35,864 bases of DNA from assembly GCA_000934665.2 (NCBI GenBank), contig KZ539212.1, forward strand, positions 1 through 35,864. Reading direction: 5' to 3'. Positions 25,801-35,772 of this stretch are shown piece by piece (positions within the stretch are counted from its first letter, which is position 1; every line of letters starts with the position of its first letter). The DNA is from Catajapyx aquilonaris. Taxonomy: Eukaryota. Under the pieces are notes generated by a model. It was not told the origin of the DNA, searched no databases, and saw only the letters and a program-made list of their open reading frames with translations. The position numbers were made by a program, and so were the translations under genes.

Positions 25801-28800
25801 GTAAACAAAATAACACAAGGGTGACCTTCACTTCCATTTAACTGCACAGGCACATTAAAACAAATTCATCGGGCCAGGCGGCATTGTTGCGTCTGTTGTC
25901 AGGGCCGGGTACCTCTCCTGGACATGCACATGTGTAACGTGTCACTGCTCCCCGAGTAAAGCTTACGTTTTATTTTTATAAAAAGGGCATCAAAAATTTA
26001 AGCCGAACTCGCGTGCACCCGGCCGCACAGTAGTCTCCCTAATAACGATTTCATACCGGGATAAAATTCTACATATGTTGCTAGCCCTCCCCCCTAACGT
26101 CCCTCTCCCCTTAAACGCAAGGGCTGATCATCACAGCCTCCCGTTAACGCTCAGCCCCACTTTACGCCCGACGCCCATCAAAACTTAAGCCACATTTAGA
26201 ATCATCCACATTCGCTACAAATCCTGCAAATATTTCCCACCCTTGAATTCACATATCCGCAACTACATTAGCCCCCAAGGGGGTCAATAAAAATTTGCAA
26301 ATTTTGCAAATTTAGTCCACAAAATTTTCATGGGATGATTTTTAATTTTATTTTTTTGTGACGTAAAATTTGGCAACATGGATAGAAGTGGCCCTAACTC
26401 CGCCTTTCTCTCTCATTACTAGCTCGGGAGAAGAGAGTTTTGTAGGGGAGGAAGAGGTGGATGGGGAGGGAATGGGTAGAGGGGTGGCGCCGCGAGGTGG
26501 AACGGCCCCTTGATAGCGTATTGATTCTGGGCGCCGCGGCTTGCTCCCTTGTTGCCAAAATTCCACGCAATAACACCCCTACCACCACCCCCATCTTCAA
26601 CCCCCCCAAAAAAATTTCGAAGTCACATGGTACCCTCTACCATGGTACTTCCCCATCATAAAATCCATGCCATCTGTCCTATTCTGAAGAGGGGGTTACG
26701 TAAGCAACCATTCACAATCTGGCAACACAGAGTTGCGCCGGCGCAAAAATGTTTACGACTAATTTCTTACTTATTTTTAGTTTTTTTTTAAATTGTTAAA
26801 AATTTTAAGGACACGACCTGTTGCGTTTGGTGGATATGGCAACACTGCCTAATTACGGCTTGAAAAAAAAAATTAATCCAGCGGTACCGTACCCGGACAC
26901 CACGTGGCGCGGTAGGCGTTCCACGTTGTCCCTATACAGCGTTTATATGCCAGTTTCCGGGGAGGGGGGGGGGGCGTTCCAAGGGTTGGAAATAGGCAAC
27001 GTGGCTCTGTGACGTGATTTGGACTCCCCCAAAAATATATATATTGGGGGTAACCATGACGACGCTCTTCCGCCCCCCTCTCCGCGTCCTAAAAGCGCGC
27101 CAACTGACTTGTTGCTACCTCCCGATCGCTACACGGGATTATCGGGCAAAGAATGGGGAGATCCTCCTGCCTTCTGGCTCATTCACAACGCTGACCCCTG
27201 AGGGATAGCGTTGCCCACGGCACGACCAAGACGTGCGGGTTGCGCGCCTAGAGGGGGCAGAACCGAGCGAGGACAGGACAAAGTTCAAACGAGAGCTGAC
27301 CGGTTGCTATCGGGACTATAGAAGCCGGATAGGTGTCATCTGATAGATAAAACGATAGTGAATCCGATAAAAATTAGGCCCACAAGCTAGGCAGACCTGG
27401 ATGGCATGTAGATGAATTCAAAGTTGTAATGGTCACCTGTACTAGAACATCGGGGGATTATCAGCATGATGATGCGCATTAGTTTCGAACTCGAATGATA
27501 ACTAGAGCTGAACATTTCCAGTCGGAACACCCTGTATTGATCACGTACTCGTGAGTGGTAGGGGTTTTCCACAAAGGCGGGGGGGAAACGTGTTTCAAGT
27601 TCGGTTCTACCAGGTGGCTCTGGTGTGTACAGGGTGGCCAAAAAAAAAATCATTCAAAGCCTATCGAAAGAATTGCGCAAAATTATACAACGAGTCGCCT
27701 GATACATTGTATTAAAGCAAATTATGGAAATTGTTGAGTGTGACACAACTGGTGTTTATCCTGGACTACTCGTGCACCTCGTTAGCCACGTGGTGAACCA
27801 TATCCTGAAGGCACATTCCCAAAATAGTGAATGGCGGGGGCCTACCAGCCGGCAATACATAATTCAAATCCAGCCAAGATATGAGCATGTAAATAACCCC
27901 AACACCAATCAAGAACCTAAGCGTGTTTGAACCAAACATCCCCCCCCCCCCCTTCCAAAAAAAATGGCTGGTCTGGCACCTTGACAAGATGAAATTGCCG
28001 GAAAATTAATTTTTCATGACACCTCCAGTCATGGGAACATGCATTAGCAAGGAAGGACCAATTTCCCAGAGTTTCCATCTAGATCTAAATACAATAAACT
28101 TGATTCGCTCAAGTGCATGGAAGGACTGTAAGGTTGCTGACATAACAGATTATAAACACTGGGCAAGAGCTGCTCCTCCGCAAGTATTACCGGGTTTACG
28201 GATTAGTACGGTACCGTAAATTCGGACAAGAATTAACGCGGGGGTTTGGATTTGCATGTTGTTTGACTTATTGCTCTGTCACATCACTGAGAGTCAGTAT
28301 AGCAGTCCTAATTATTATTTAACAGGAACAATATAAGCAATTGACGAATTGACACTGCATAAAATTACAATATTACTACCCAAACTTGATGTAACCTGCT
28401 AAAGCAAATTGTTGATATTTAAAATAATGAGCCCTTCAATACTGCGAATTAGGCAAGTTTACAATAGAAAATAATCAACGTCAAAGTTACACCGCTTTGT
28501 CCGTAATTTTAGCATAAACAAATACCAATTCACTAAAAATAAATCATATCGAAATATTGTACAAAAGGTTGTTTTGCGATCGGGGAAAAGGTCATTGGTA
28601 TGTACGTTTATTTTTGAACATTCAGATTATTTCAGGGCCATCATTAGCAACACAAGAAGAAACTCTCCGATTACGAACAGGACGGTAGTCACATTACCTG
28701 ACCTGAAACCGCCTGAAACTCTCTCTATTCCAGTTGATACAACTGGGTCTAATATTAGACCAGTTGTATCAGCTGTAATAGACAGTGGTCAAGTCGCAGT

Positions 28801-29911
28801 CTTTACTATATATGACTTAAGGCCCGCACAGCGTGCAAAAATCATGCAATATTTCCGGCAAAATTTTCACGTAAGCCAATATCAATTGCATTTTTGCAGT
28901 TCCCCCCCCCCCCTAAAATTCAGTCCAAACATTGTTCCTGTATCTTCCCCTAATGGCCTTAATACTACTGTACGACAATCCGACTGTTATCCCCATCATA
29001 ATTTTAGTCTCTCCTTATTTTTCATCCCCCCACAAATCCCGCATCATCTCAAGGTGTGCCAACGCCCTTCAAAAAACTTCAAAACTCCCGCAAAACTTTC
29101 CCCCCTAAAAAATCCACACCCCTCAAAAAATGGAGGTCAACACTTGCATTTGGGCGAAGAAGGAAAAAAAAAAAAACGGAACAAAGTGTTTGGCCAAGTC
29201 ATTCTAGGTCACATCCTTGCTGCCAAGGGACTCCTCTGGATGGCAGAAGGGGGTGAATCGAGATAAAGGGAATGGAGGGGGGTGGTGGGGGAGAAGTATG
29301 CAAAATCCACCCCCTCCCCCCTCCTCCTCCTCCCTACCCTCTCTCTACTCTCTCCCTCCCTCTCTCCCTCTCTCTCTCTCTCCCTGCGTCCCACCCAATT
29401 ATTCCCTCCCGCGCCGTTACGAGGCGGTCACCATGGCAACCCAGGCAGGCCGTGATTCCTTCGATCAATGACCTGGGAGGGTGGAGAGGGAGGGATGGGA
29501 GGGAGGGGGGTAGAGCGAAGAGTAGAGAGAGAGGGAAGGGGGGGAGGGTAGAGAGAGAGAGAGAGAGAGAGAGATACCGTGGGTGGCATAATATGCACTG
29601 AAAAGGATGTGGGTTTCGCACCCAGAACATTTTCAAACTCTTCCCGCGCTCGAGGAGCGCCCTCTTCAGCCGCATGCTCATTGGCCAAGTTGGTGGGAAC
29701 CAATAGGAGGAGGAGAAACACCGCAAACACCCCCCCCCCCTCCCCTCCCCTCCCCTTCCCGCCTTGCCCGCTATTGGATCGGGTGAGGGCCAATCACGGT
29801 GTGGGTCTGACGTCTCGTGATAGTCATATGCCAAAATATTGCTACCAAAAAGCAACAAAATAATACTGCCATAATAATGCAAGACATGAGCTGCAATAAT
29901 AGAAACAAAAA

Positions 29912-29974
<63 letters not shown>

Positions 29975-30079
29975 TCATTCGTATCATATTCCTCATGGAC
30001 TTGATCCCATTAAGCCAGTGATGACCAGATACATGCATCTGCCCCTAATAATAATAATAATCATCATCATCATCATCAG

Positions 30080-30110
<31 letters not shown>

Positions 30111-32328
30111 CGCTGCATTAAAAAGTGGTCCAGAAGGCACAAAAAACTATAGAATTTTAATAGCCTATGCATAATAGTGTAATTTATTTGTTTATTTTAT
30201 TTATTTTATTTATTTTTATTTATTTGGGTTATACCCCCAGAGACAGTGTCAATTATTTTTTTCGAGTGTAATTAAATTGATGTTTTTTTTAAATAAAATC
30301 AATGTTCGGTTGATGCTGCTTGCACATTGTGGCAACTTCGCAGATTGTATAGTGTTCCAGTGAGGAATCATGCGTATATGCGCATTTTTTTAAAAACAAA
30401 AACATCGTAATTGTTGTTTGCGAACAATGTGTGGACCTTTTAAAAATTAGGAATCATCTATACCATTGTCATAAAAATTATAATTTTAATTCCGGCATGC
30501 TCCTATCGCCTTTTGTGGGCACTTCCCTTGAGAAAAAAGAGGAAAATTGTCAACGTTCCTGTGCCCATATTTTCACTAATTGAGCTGCACTTTTTTATCT
30601 AATTATTAGGAACTACTGACCTACCACCGCAATATCCATTCTGGCAGTGATACTTACTCCCGTCCAGTCAAAAAAAATTGCAAAATTCATTAACAACTTA
30701 TAATTTTACGAAGAAAGTTTTCCATTGCGTCCATTCTTTGCTGCATGCCCTACAATCTTACATAAGAAACTCCGCGTCCCTTTCCGGTATTTTTCGCAGT
30801 ATATACGAGTACTACTTTTTATTAAAGTAGTTATACTTCTCAACAGTTACTCTTGTAGTCTATCGGAAATATTTAACATTAGTTGGGTCGAGACGTATAT
30901 TCAGGTCCTGGATTGCATGGATCGTTTTTCCGCCCTCTTATTAAATCGCCACAATTTTAAGTTGAAATCGTTCCTAATAAAGTAATATAAACAGTATTAT
31001 AAACCATTCGAAACATGTAGCTATTTTTCCGATTCAAACTACACACAGAAGCCAGGAACTTGAGAAATTTTTTTCTTGTAATATTTATGACAGTGGCCGG
31101 TTTTTGCCAATTGTTCACTATAACTGGGATTAATAACATTATTACGTCCAAAATGATGATTCTCCATTGTAACAGCCCATTGGAAGGACCCTCTTCCAGT
31201 GTTGCAAAATTATCGCTTTCAAGGGACAATCAGGCGTAATTTCACATTGCTTGTAAATATGACAAAGTTGCTCACGGTTACTAAACGTGTACTGTGGCCA
31301 TTTTAAGTCGGGAAATTGCACAACTACAAATTTAAAATACGAATTTCTGCAATAACGGAATAGGTAGGACAATACTGACTTTCACTTTTTCATTTCACAT
31401 TATTAGGAACAACTTCCTCTTAAAAATTGTGGCGCCTGCATATATATGCAATCATGCAACCAAATGTTTGCAGCATATCGTCCCAAAATTAATTGTTGGA
31501 AAAATCAATGCTTAGTGCAAAAAAAAATCGCTAACTAGGCCACCTCTTTATACGAATACACCGTAAGCTACATATCAAATTGAAATAACAATTTTCGGAA
31601 ATGTGGCCCCATTCAAATCGAAGGAACCCTAAAAAATTGTGGACTTTTCAAGGGCATGGCACCCTACTTGAAAAATATTCCTGGCCACGAACCGCACTAT
31701 TCTCATTTTTGCTCACGTCCTTGCCCAAAACCGGCTTTTTCGCGAAGAGTCATTCGACGAGCTTCTTCAGGACCAGGGGGCCGTCCACCCATCCACCCTA
31801 CTCGCAATTTTTTTTTGGGTGCAAATTCGCATTTGGCGCGTGGCTGCTGAGACGGCAACACCGCTGTGCCATTGCCGCCGCGAAGGGCATGACGGGAGCG
31901 GCGCCCGATCGAATTTTGCCAAAAGAGAAAAGAGAGAAAAGGGGAGCAAAGCAGAGAGGTAGAGAGACGCATAGAGAGTTCACAGGTACAGGTGCACTGC
32001 GGAATATCTATCTGGCAACCATGCCAAAATTCGCAATTGCCCCCCAAGAAAATGCCGCCAAATATTTCGCCACCACAATAATTGACAGCCCCCAACAAAA
32101 AGCGCGTGTTTGTACTGATATCCGGTTAGTGAATTATTCGCGGGTAGGTAAAACGTACCATTATCTGAAAATGGCATCGCAGTGTACGTACCTTACGCGC
32201 GTAACTAGTGCGGGGCAATGCCTGTAATTTTGCACGTGTTCGCAACGCTGCCATATTATCGTGCATACAACATACCATGACATTTGAGGCAAAGTTCGCT
32301 ATCAGCTAGCTATAATATTCAGCATATA

Positions 32329-32402
<74 letters not shown>

Positions 32403-32481
32403 CATACATACATTTCTTGACGGCATTAGTTCCCATACAGGGGTAGACAGTGGTGTCCAGGTATTAACTGACCTTCTGGTC

Positions 32482-32535
<54 letters not shown>

Positions 32536-34051
32536 CTCCGGATCTAACAGCCTAGGAAATAACAGACTTTCGGTTATAACAGACTCTAAAGGCCGGTTAC
32601 ATGCTTCCATAAGACCGTGTGTATTTTTTCACTCCTTTTTCACATCACCTCGGCTATAACAGACTATTTTTGGCAGTTCGGAGTGAAAATATCCTGTTTT
32701 TGATTATTCAAATACCTTTCCCGCTCACAGGAAGGTAGAGAATACTGGAGGAGGGGGAGGGGGGGTGATTTTCGCATCTGTCACTGATCTGAGCTACTCA
32801 AAATCAGTTTTTTTCTGGTATATTTGGCAACAAGGTGACGGCACAAGAAAATAACTTTTTTTTGTATTGTCTAATTAACGGGTGAGCTAATTTTGAATTT
32901 TTGTGGATAGTTTCATTAATAAATGCAGTAGTGTGCATTTTAAGCATATGGAAAGCAGAAAACTGCGCATTCAGTGCAAAATTGGCATTTTGGTTATAAC
33001 ATACCTCGATTATAACATACTTTTTCCGCCATCCGAAGTCTGTTATATCCGGAATCAACTGTAAAGGATAATTGGCAATGACAGCCAACTCCTTCCAAGA
33101 TGGCCGGCTTTTCGGACATTATCTCCGCAACTTGATGAAAAAGAAATCTGTGATTACGCAGCCTCCGTCACATGGCAACAAATTTGCTTTCCAACCGAGA
33201 TTAATAACAGCTATTGATTTTTTTTTTAAAAAAAATCTAGTATTTCCCTCCCTTCATACACCACAGCTTCATCCCGCAAGAGGGCAATCAGCCAATATCT
33301 GCACGCAATACCAATATTTGGTCCAGTCTCCCAAATGACACCGTATTCGAAAAACAAACCACAACAAATTGGCCAACTTTCTCCCACTTTGCATAATAAA
33401 TCAGCATGTAACACATGTCAGAAAAATAGTGCGCTCTACATATGGAATGTGAAGTATATGCGTTCGATCTACGCGACTAATTAAACACATGTCGTCGCTT
33501 GTACCCAATGTTGCCAACCGCTTTATTTTTTTGTAACCCGCAGATCATGCCATGCAAAAATGTACGGATGAGAAGTAGGGCGATCATCTCTGGGAAACGG
33601 AGAAAAATCGCAGGACAGGTAGGATAAGGTCGAGGATGGCAGGGCGGGAGTCGTCGTCGGCGCCCTTATTGATTTTCATGGCCTGTCGCATGGCGTCTGG
33701 GGGCGTCGGCAGCGGGGGTTGGCAGAGGGGGAGAGGGGGGGTGAAATGGGGAGGAATCCTCCCTCTCTCCTACCCCCCTCCTGCACTGTACCACCCACTC
33801 CCGTTGGCTCCCAGGCCGCCACTTGAGCCAGAGAGACGTCCTAGACGCCACCGACGCCGATGACGCTCCCAGAGAAACCATCCCCATTAGCACATGTTCG
33901 CACCTTTTTATGTATAAATATGCACAGGTGCAATTTGAATTTTTAAAAGTATCATTATTAATCTATGAGCTTCCGTTTAACAAATAAAAGGTGACGTCAC
34001 AGTACTTACATGCGCGATGCCGTTGACGCCGTAGCCAGAATTGACAAAACC
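13979..34051 (-). CDS. Ssdp: Ssdp / SSBP2-3-4 family sequence-specific single-stranded DNA-binding protein (Chip/LDB1 cofactor). 5'-partial, 12 coding exons in window: 34010-34051, 24328-24414, 22474-22572, 20865-20942, 20741-20789, 20476-20505, 17621-17856, 17489-17527, 17355-17415, 17215-17285, 16843-17040, 13979-14083
   Basis: All exons have AG acceptors and GT (one GC) donors, and join in phase to 1095 nt. Peptide blocks are collinear with SSBP3 as I know it: PAPSPL..IPP.DGM.GGP.PPGFF; SQPSPH.QPPP; PFM.PRY..GPRP; RMNPPRG.MGPMGPGP; YSSSSPG.Y.GPPG; GTPIMPSP.DS; KNSP...PGTPRED. The LUFS-domain exons were not found in the window. Confidence 0.96.
16666..16842 (-). CDS. Ssdp: Putative alternative Ssdp C-terminus if the 16842 donor is not used: VSSAGNPVSSSASSATMAASGRPSSVPVLSPYQQSQMQAHPHSHPHQHPHSPSPWGLQ*
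   Basis: The frame stays open for 58 codons past the donor, with exon-like GC content and Ser/His/Pro-rich composition. It ends at TGA 16668-16666. Confidence 0.55.
   Translation of the reverse strand: MSSAGNPVSSSASSATMAASGRPSSVPVLSPYQQSQMQAHPHSHPHQHPHSPSPWGLQ
16843..17040 (-). CDS. Ssdp: Ssdp exon, 198 nt, EFPLGAGGEPPLGGMGP...KNSPANGGPGTPREDPNPPMPDYNLSGFGPPPDS (0/0)
   Basis: tactttccag|GAG TTC...TCA|gtgagt; KNSP...PGTPRED motif. Confidence 0.95.
17215..17285 (-). CDS. Ssdp: Ssdp exon, 71 nt, (D)SSSSGGENMYAMMKPVPGGNMPA (1/0)
   Basis: ttccctttcag|AC TCG...GCT|gtaagt; corresponds to SSBP DSTNSSDNIYTMINPVPPG. Confidence 0.95.
17355..17415 (-). CDS. Ssdp: Ssdp exon, 61 nt, GPPGSTGPPGPGTPIMPSPQ(D) (0/1), ends at a GC donor
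   Basis: gtgtcgcag|GGA CCA...CAA G|gcatgt; GTPIMPSP motif. Confidence 0.93.
17489..17527 (-). CDS. Ssdp: Ssdp exon, 39 nt, PMTYSSSSPGSYG (0/0)
   Basis: ttcccctcag|CCC ATG ACG TAC TCG TCA TCA TCT CCA GGA AGT TAT GGG|gtgagt; corresponds to SSBP IPYSSSSPGTY. Confidence 0.95.
17621..17856 (-). CDS. Ssdp: Ssdp exon, 236 nt, Pro/Gly/Met-rich (G)PPGMSPMNPRMNPPRG...GRPQWQPTTSA (1/0)
   Basis: atccctccag|GT CCA...GCT|gtaagt; RMNPPRG-MGPMGPGP-YG.GMR motif. Confidence 0.96.
19857..19895. repeat. (TTA)n microsatellite
   Basis: Direct reading. Confidence 0.95.
20476..20505 (-). CDS. Ssdp: Ssdp 30-nt microexon, (G)EGGDFVGWQ(G) (1/1), likely cassette
   Basis: Long polypyrimidine tract ending tctctttctcag|GT GAA GGA GGG GAC TTT GTG GGG TGG CAA G|gtgagg. 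Frame-preserving between phase-1 neighbours. Confidence 0.82.
20741..20789 (-). CDS. Ssdp: Ssdp exon, 49 nt, PPGQPMMPGGLDPARQ(G) (0/1)
   Basis: tctccccag|CCT...CAA G|gtaaga; corresponds to SSBP QPLLPNSMDPTRQ. Confidence 0.94.
20865..20942 (-). CDS. Ssdp: Ssdp exon, 78 nt, PFMGPRYPAGPRPGVRMPQLGSEFNG (0/0)
   Basis: tctttcag|CCC TTC ATG...AAT GGG|gtaggt; PFM.PRY..GPRP motif. Confidence 0.95.
22474..22572 (-). CDS. Ssdp: Ssdp exon, 99 nt, NSTMRPSPPTHPSSQPSPHPQPPPPHTQMMSNQ (0/0)
   Basis: catttgcag|AAT...CAG|gtgcgt; carries the SQPSPH.QPPP motif of SSBP. Confidence 0.94.
22949..23230 (-). mobile_element. tRNA-derived SINE, 282 bp, with a 13 bp target-site duplication
   Basis: TSD tacctaggcaact at 22936-22948 and 23231-23243. 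Minus-strand head GCCGGCGCTGG, A box TGGTCTGGTGG (23219-23209), B box GGTTTGAACCC (23176-23166). Body contains ggggaagtaaagccgtc...gcacgttaaagatccc. Confidence 0.92.
24328..24414 (-). CDS. Ssdp: Ssdp exon, 87 nt, NAGPAPSPLAQIPPADGMAGGPMPPGFFP (0/0)
   Basis: ccattttcag|AAT...CCC|gtgagt; homologous to SSBP [26 protein letters not shown]. Confidence 0.96.
25501..25680. repeat. Three imperfect direct repeats of about 63-68 bp (tttaaaaatggcaaca...gacatcagggttggaa)
   Basis: Copies start near 25501, 25564 and 25630. Confidence 0.85.
29300..29815. promoter_or_regulatory. Promoter/enhancer-like island inside the large Ssdp intron
   Basis: (CT)n and (GA)n tracts, RFX X-box GTCACCATGGCAAC at 29427-29440, four CCAAT/ATTGG boxes (29680, 29700, 29773, 29790), TGACGT at 29808, CpG-rich. 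Confidence 0.5.
29914..30107. repeat. Compound microsatellite: (AAT)n, about 71 bp unique insert, (TAA)n(TCA)n
   Basis: Direct reading; explains the poly-Ile ORF 29817..30152. Confidence 0.92.
32330..32534. repeat. (AAT)n, 80 bp unique insert, (AAT)n
   Basis: Direct reading; insert at 32402-32481. Confidence 0.92.
32533..33061. mobile_element. Degenerate pogo/Tigger-like MITE, left terminus eroded
   Basis: Right end gtctgttatatccggaatcaactg|TA. The left end has its inverse (actccggatctaacag) plus subterminal ataacagact repeats, typical of pogo-derived elements. Confidence 0.7.
34010..34051 (-). CDS. Ssdp: Ssdp exon, 42 nt, GFVNSGYGVNGIAH (phase 0/0)
   Basis: Minus strand reads cctgtttctactttcag|GGT TTT GTC AAT TCT GGC TAC GGC GTC AAC GGC ATC GCG CAT|gtaagt. 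It matches the linker I recall after the LUFS domain in insect Ssdp. Confidence 0.92.
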
Positions 34052-34118
34052 CTGAAAGTAGAAACAGGTTATTAGTCGTAATACCCAAACAGTACACTAC
34101 ATTAATAATGTACACCAA

Positions 34119-34172
34119 GGGGTCGAATTTTCGTCCCACTGCTAGTTACTGCTAAGTTAGCAGTAACTAGCA
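34119..34172. mobile_element. Partial copy of MITE family A with an internal palindrome
   Basis: ggggtcgaattttcgtcccactgctagttactgctaagttagcagtaactagca. Confidence 0.78.
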
Positions 34173-35529
34173 AAAATTTCACGCCAGCAGGTGTTTCATA
34201 AAAAATTCGGACGAACTGAGTGACCTCAGGATCAGTCAAGGGTTAACTTTACTGCAATTTCACCAACCGTTAAGTGAAAACAGACGGTTGCATAGGACTT
34301 GTTCCCATCACTAATCGCATTACGAAAGGGCATCGAGAAGCTACAAAGGCAGCGCCCGAATTAATGGTGTCGTACTCGTGTCGCCACGAGCCAATGGCGG
34401 CAGAAGAGCGAATCAATTAGCCAGTTCAGAATCTCCGCATCACAAAAAGTTTTGACCACATTTCCCCGAGTTTTCCGTTCGGCCAAAACATTTTTTGTGT
34501 GACAGATCGTACAGTACCCATGTTGATGAACCCCCTACCATTCACTCCATGCACAACAATGGACATCCCCACCAATAACCCCCGAAAATACCTGTAAAAT
34601 ATGCGCAACCGCTTTTTTGAGGTCACGACCCTCCCCCATCTCCCTTTTCCCATACCTCCCACCCGCCCACCCAGTGTGTCGGTCGGGGGTACAGCGGCTG
34701 GGTTGGAGGGGGTGGGGAAGTTGATGAGTGACAATTTCACAACAAGCCACTGACGTATTGTGTTCTGCACGTGGCAACAGCGTACAGGACCACGTACACC
34801 ACCCCCTCTATATCCCTCCCCATCATGCTCCTCCCCCCCTTTGGGGCAGACAATGGAGTGACCCGCCGAGGCTTGTCCCCTTCACTCTGTTGCCCAATTC
34901 AATCCAATTTTCCCTCATGATGTCACCCACCCCATGCGACCTTCCCCACTGTCCTCCCAAAAAATATATATTTAAAAAAATATTCTCATATTTTTTGGGG
35001 GGGACCACCCCCCAAAAGTTATGTACTGGTATCACTGTGTCTGGTCCATTCGCACGTTCAATTCGCTCGTTCAAAAAAAAAACTTGGCAACGCTGCAGGC
35101 AGTTTAGTGGGAAGGAGGGGATGTGGGAGGGATCGGGGTGGGGAGAGGAGGGGAGGACATTCCAGGGGCTTCGCTGGAGGGGGAGGGGGTGAGAGAGGAG
35201 GGGGTCGCACGTGCCTGGATACCGCCTTTTCCACGGTTTACTATCAACAAATTTTTTAAACCTCCAGACAATATTTACAGTCAACAATAATGTGGAATAA
35301 CATCCATTGAAATCTGACTCATATGAGTCACATACGTTCAGACGAAACTTGGTTGTACACACACAAATTAAAGTGTCATGGATGACTAGCTAGCAGTGGA
35401 TGATTGATAAATAAATGTGCAGCAATTGTCACAGATGAGACACCATCATTTTAAAAATTCTAAATTTTGGGTATTTAGACTTTAAAAATTGTTTTCGGAC
35501 TTTTTCTTAAATCAGCGGCAAGTTAGACG

Positions 35530-35772
35530 CCAATATGCCAAGTTTCAGTACTCTCAGAACTCTGCAAGTGGGTTAGGTAGCCGTGAAACACAAATACCAA
35601 CAAACTTTTTGCTTTATACAGGGTGGACCAACTTCAAGTGTCGTTTTATAACGGCGATTAATAGCAATGATTTTGCGATGACGTAGCAGCGACGTCAATC
35701 GTAAAGCGCTTCTATTAACAGCCGTTATAAAACGACACTTGAAGTTGGTCCACCCTGTATAATTATATAAGA
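35530..35772 (-). mobile_element. 5' part of a second Helitron copy, interrupted by the mariner MITE (distal boundary uncertain)
   Basis: With the MITE removed, the minus strand reads TCTTATATAATTATAAAGCAAAAAGTTTGTTGGTATTTGTG...TGAAACTTGGCA. This TC-start, AT-rich head is like those of insect non-autonomous Helitrons. Confidence 0.6.
35619..35757. mobile_element. Tc1/mariner-type fold-back MITE, 139 bp
   Basis: 37 bp perfect TIRs cagggtggaccaacttcaagtgtcgttttataacggc, extending imperfectly toward the centre; TA at 35617-35618 and 35758-35759. Confidence 0.95.

Noticed and set aside
28574..29266. 230-aa + strand ORF
   Set aside because: Non-ATG start, runs through homopolymer tracts, no recognisable domain, and antisense within an intron
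30590..31415. Recurrent ttattaggaac / gttcctaataa words as MITE termini
   Set aside because: Too degenerate to define boundaries or a TSD by eye
31601..32227. 208-aa + strand ORF
   Set aside because: No recognisable motif or convincing splice structure, and low-complexity stretches; probably chance
34510..34555. HGVNGRGFINMG peptide resembling the Ssdp linker
   Set aside because: Splice phase and acceptor do not fit. The real linker exon is at 34010-34051.
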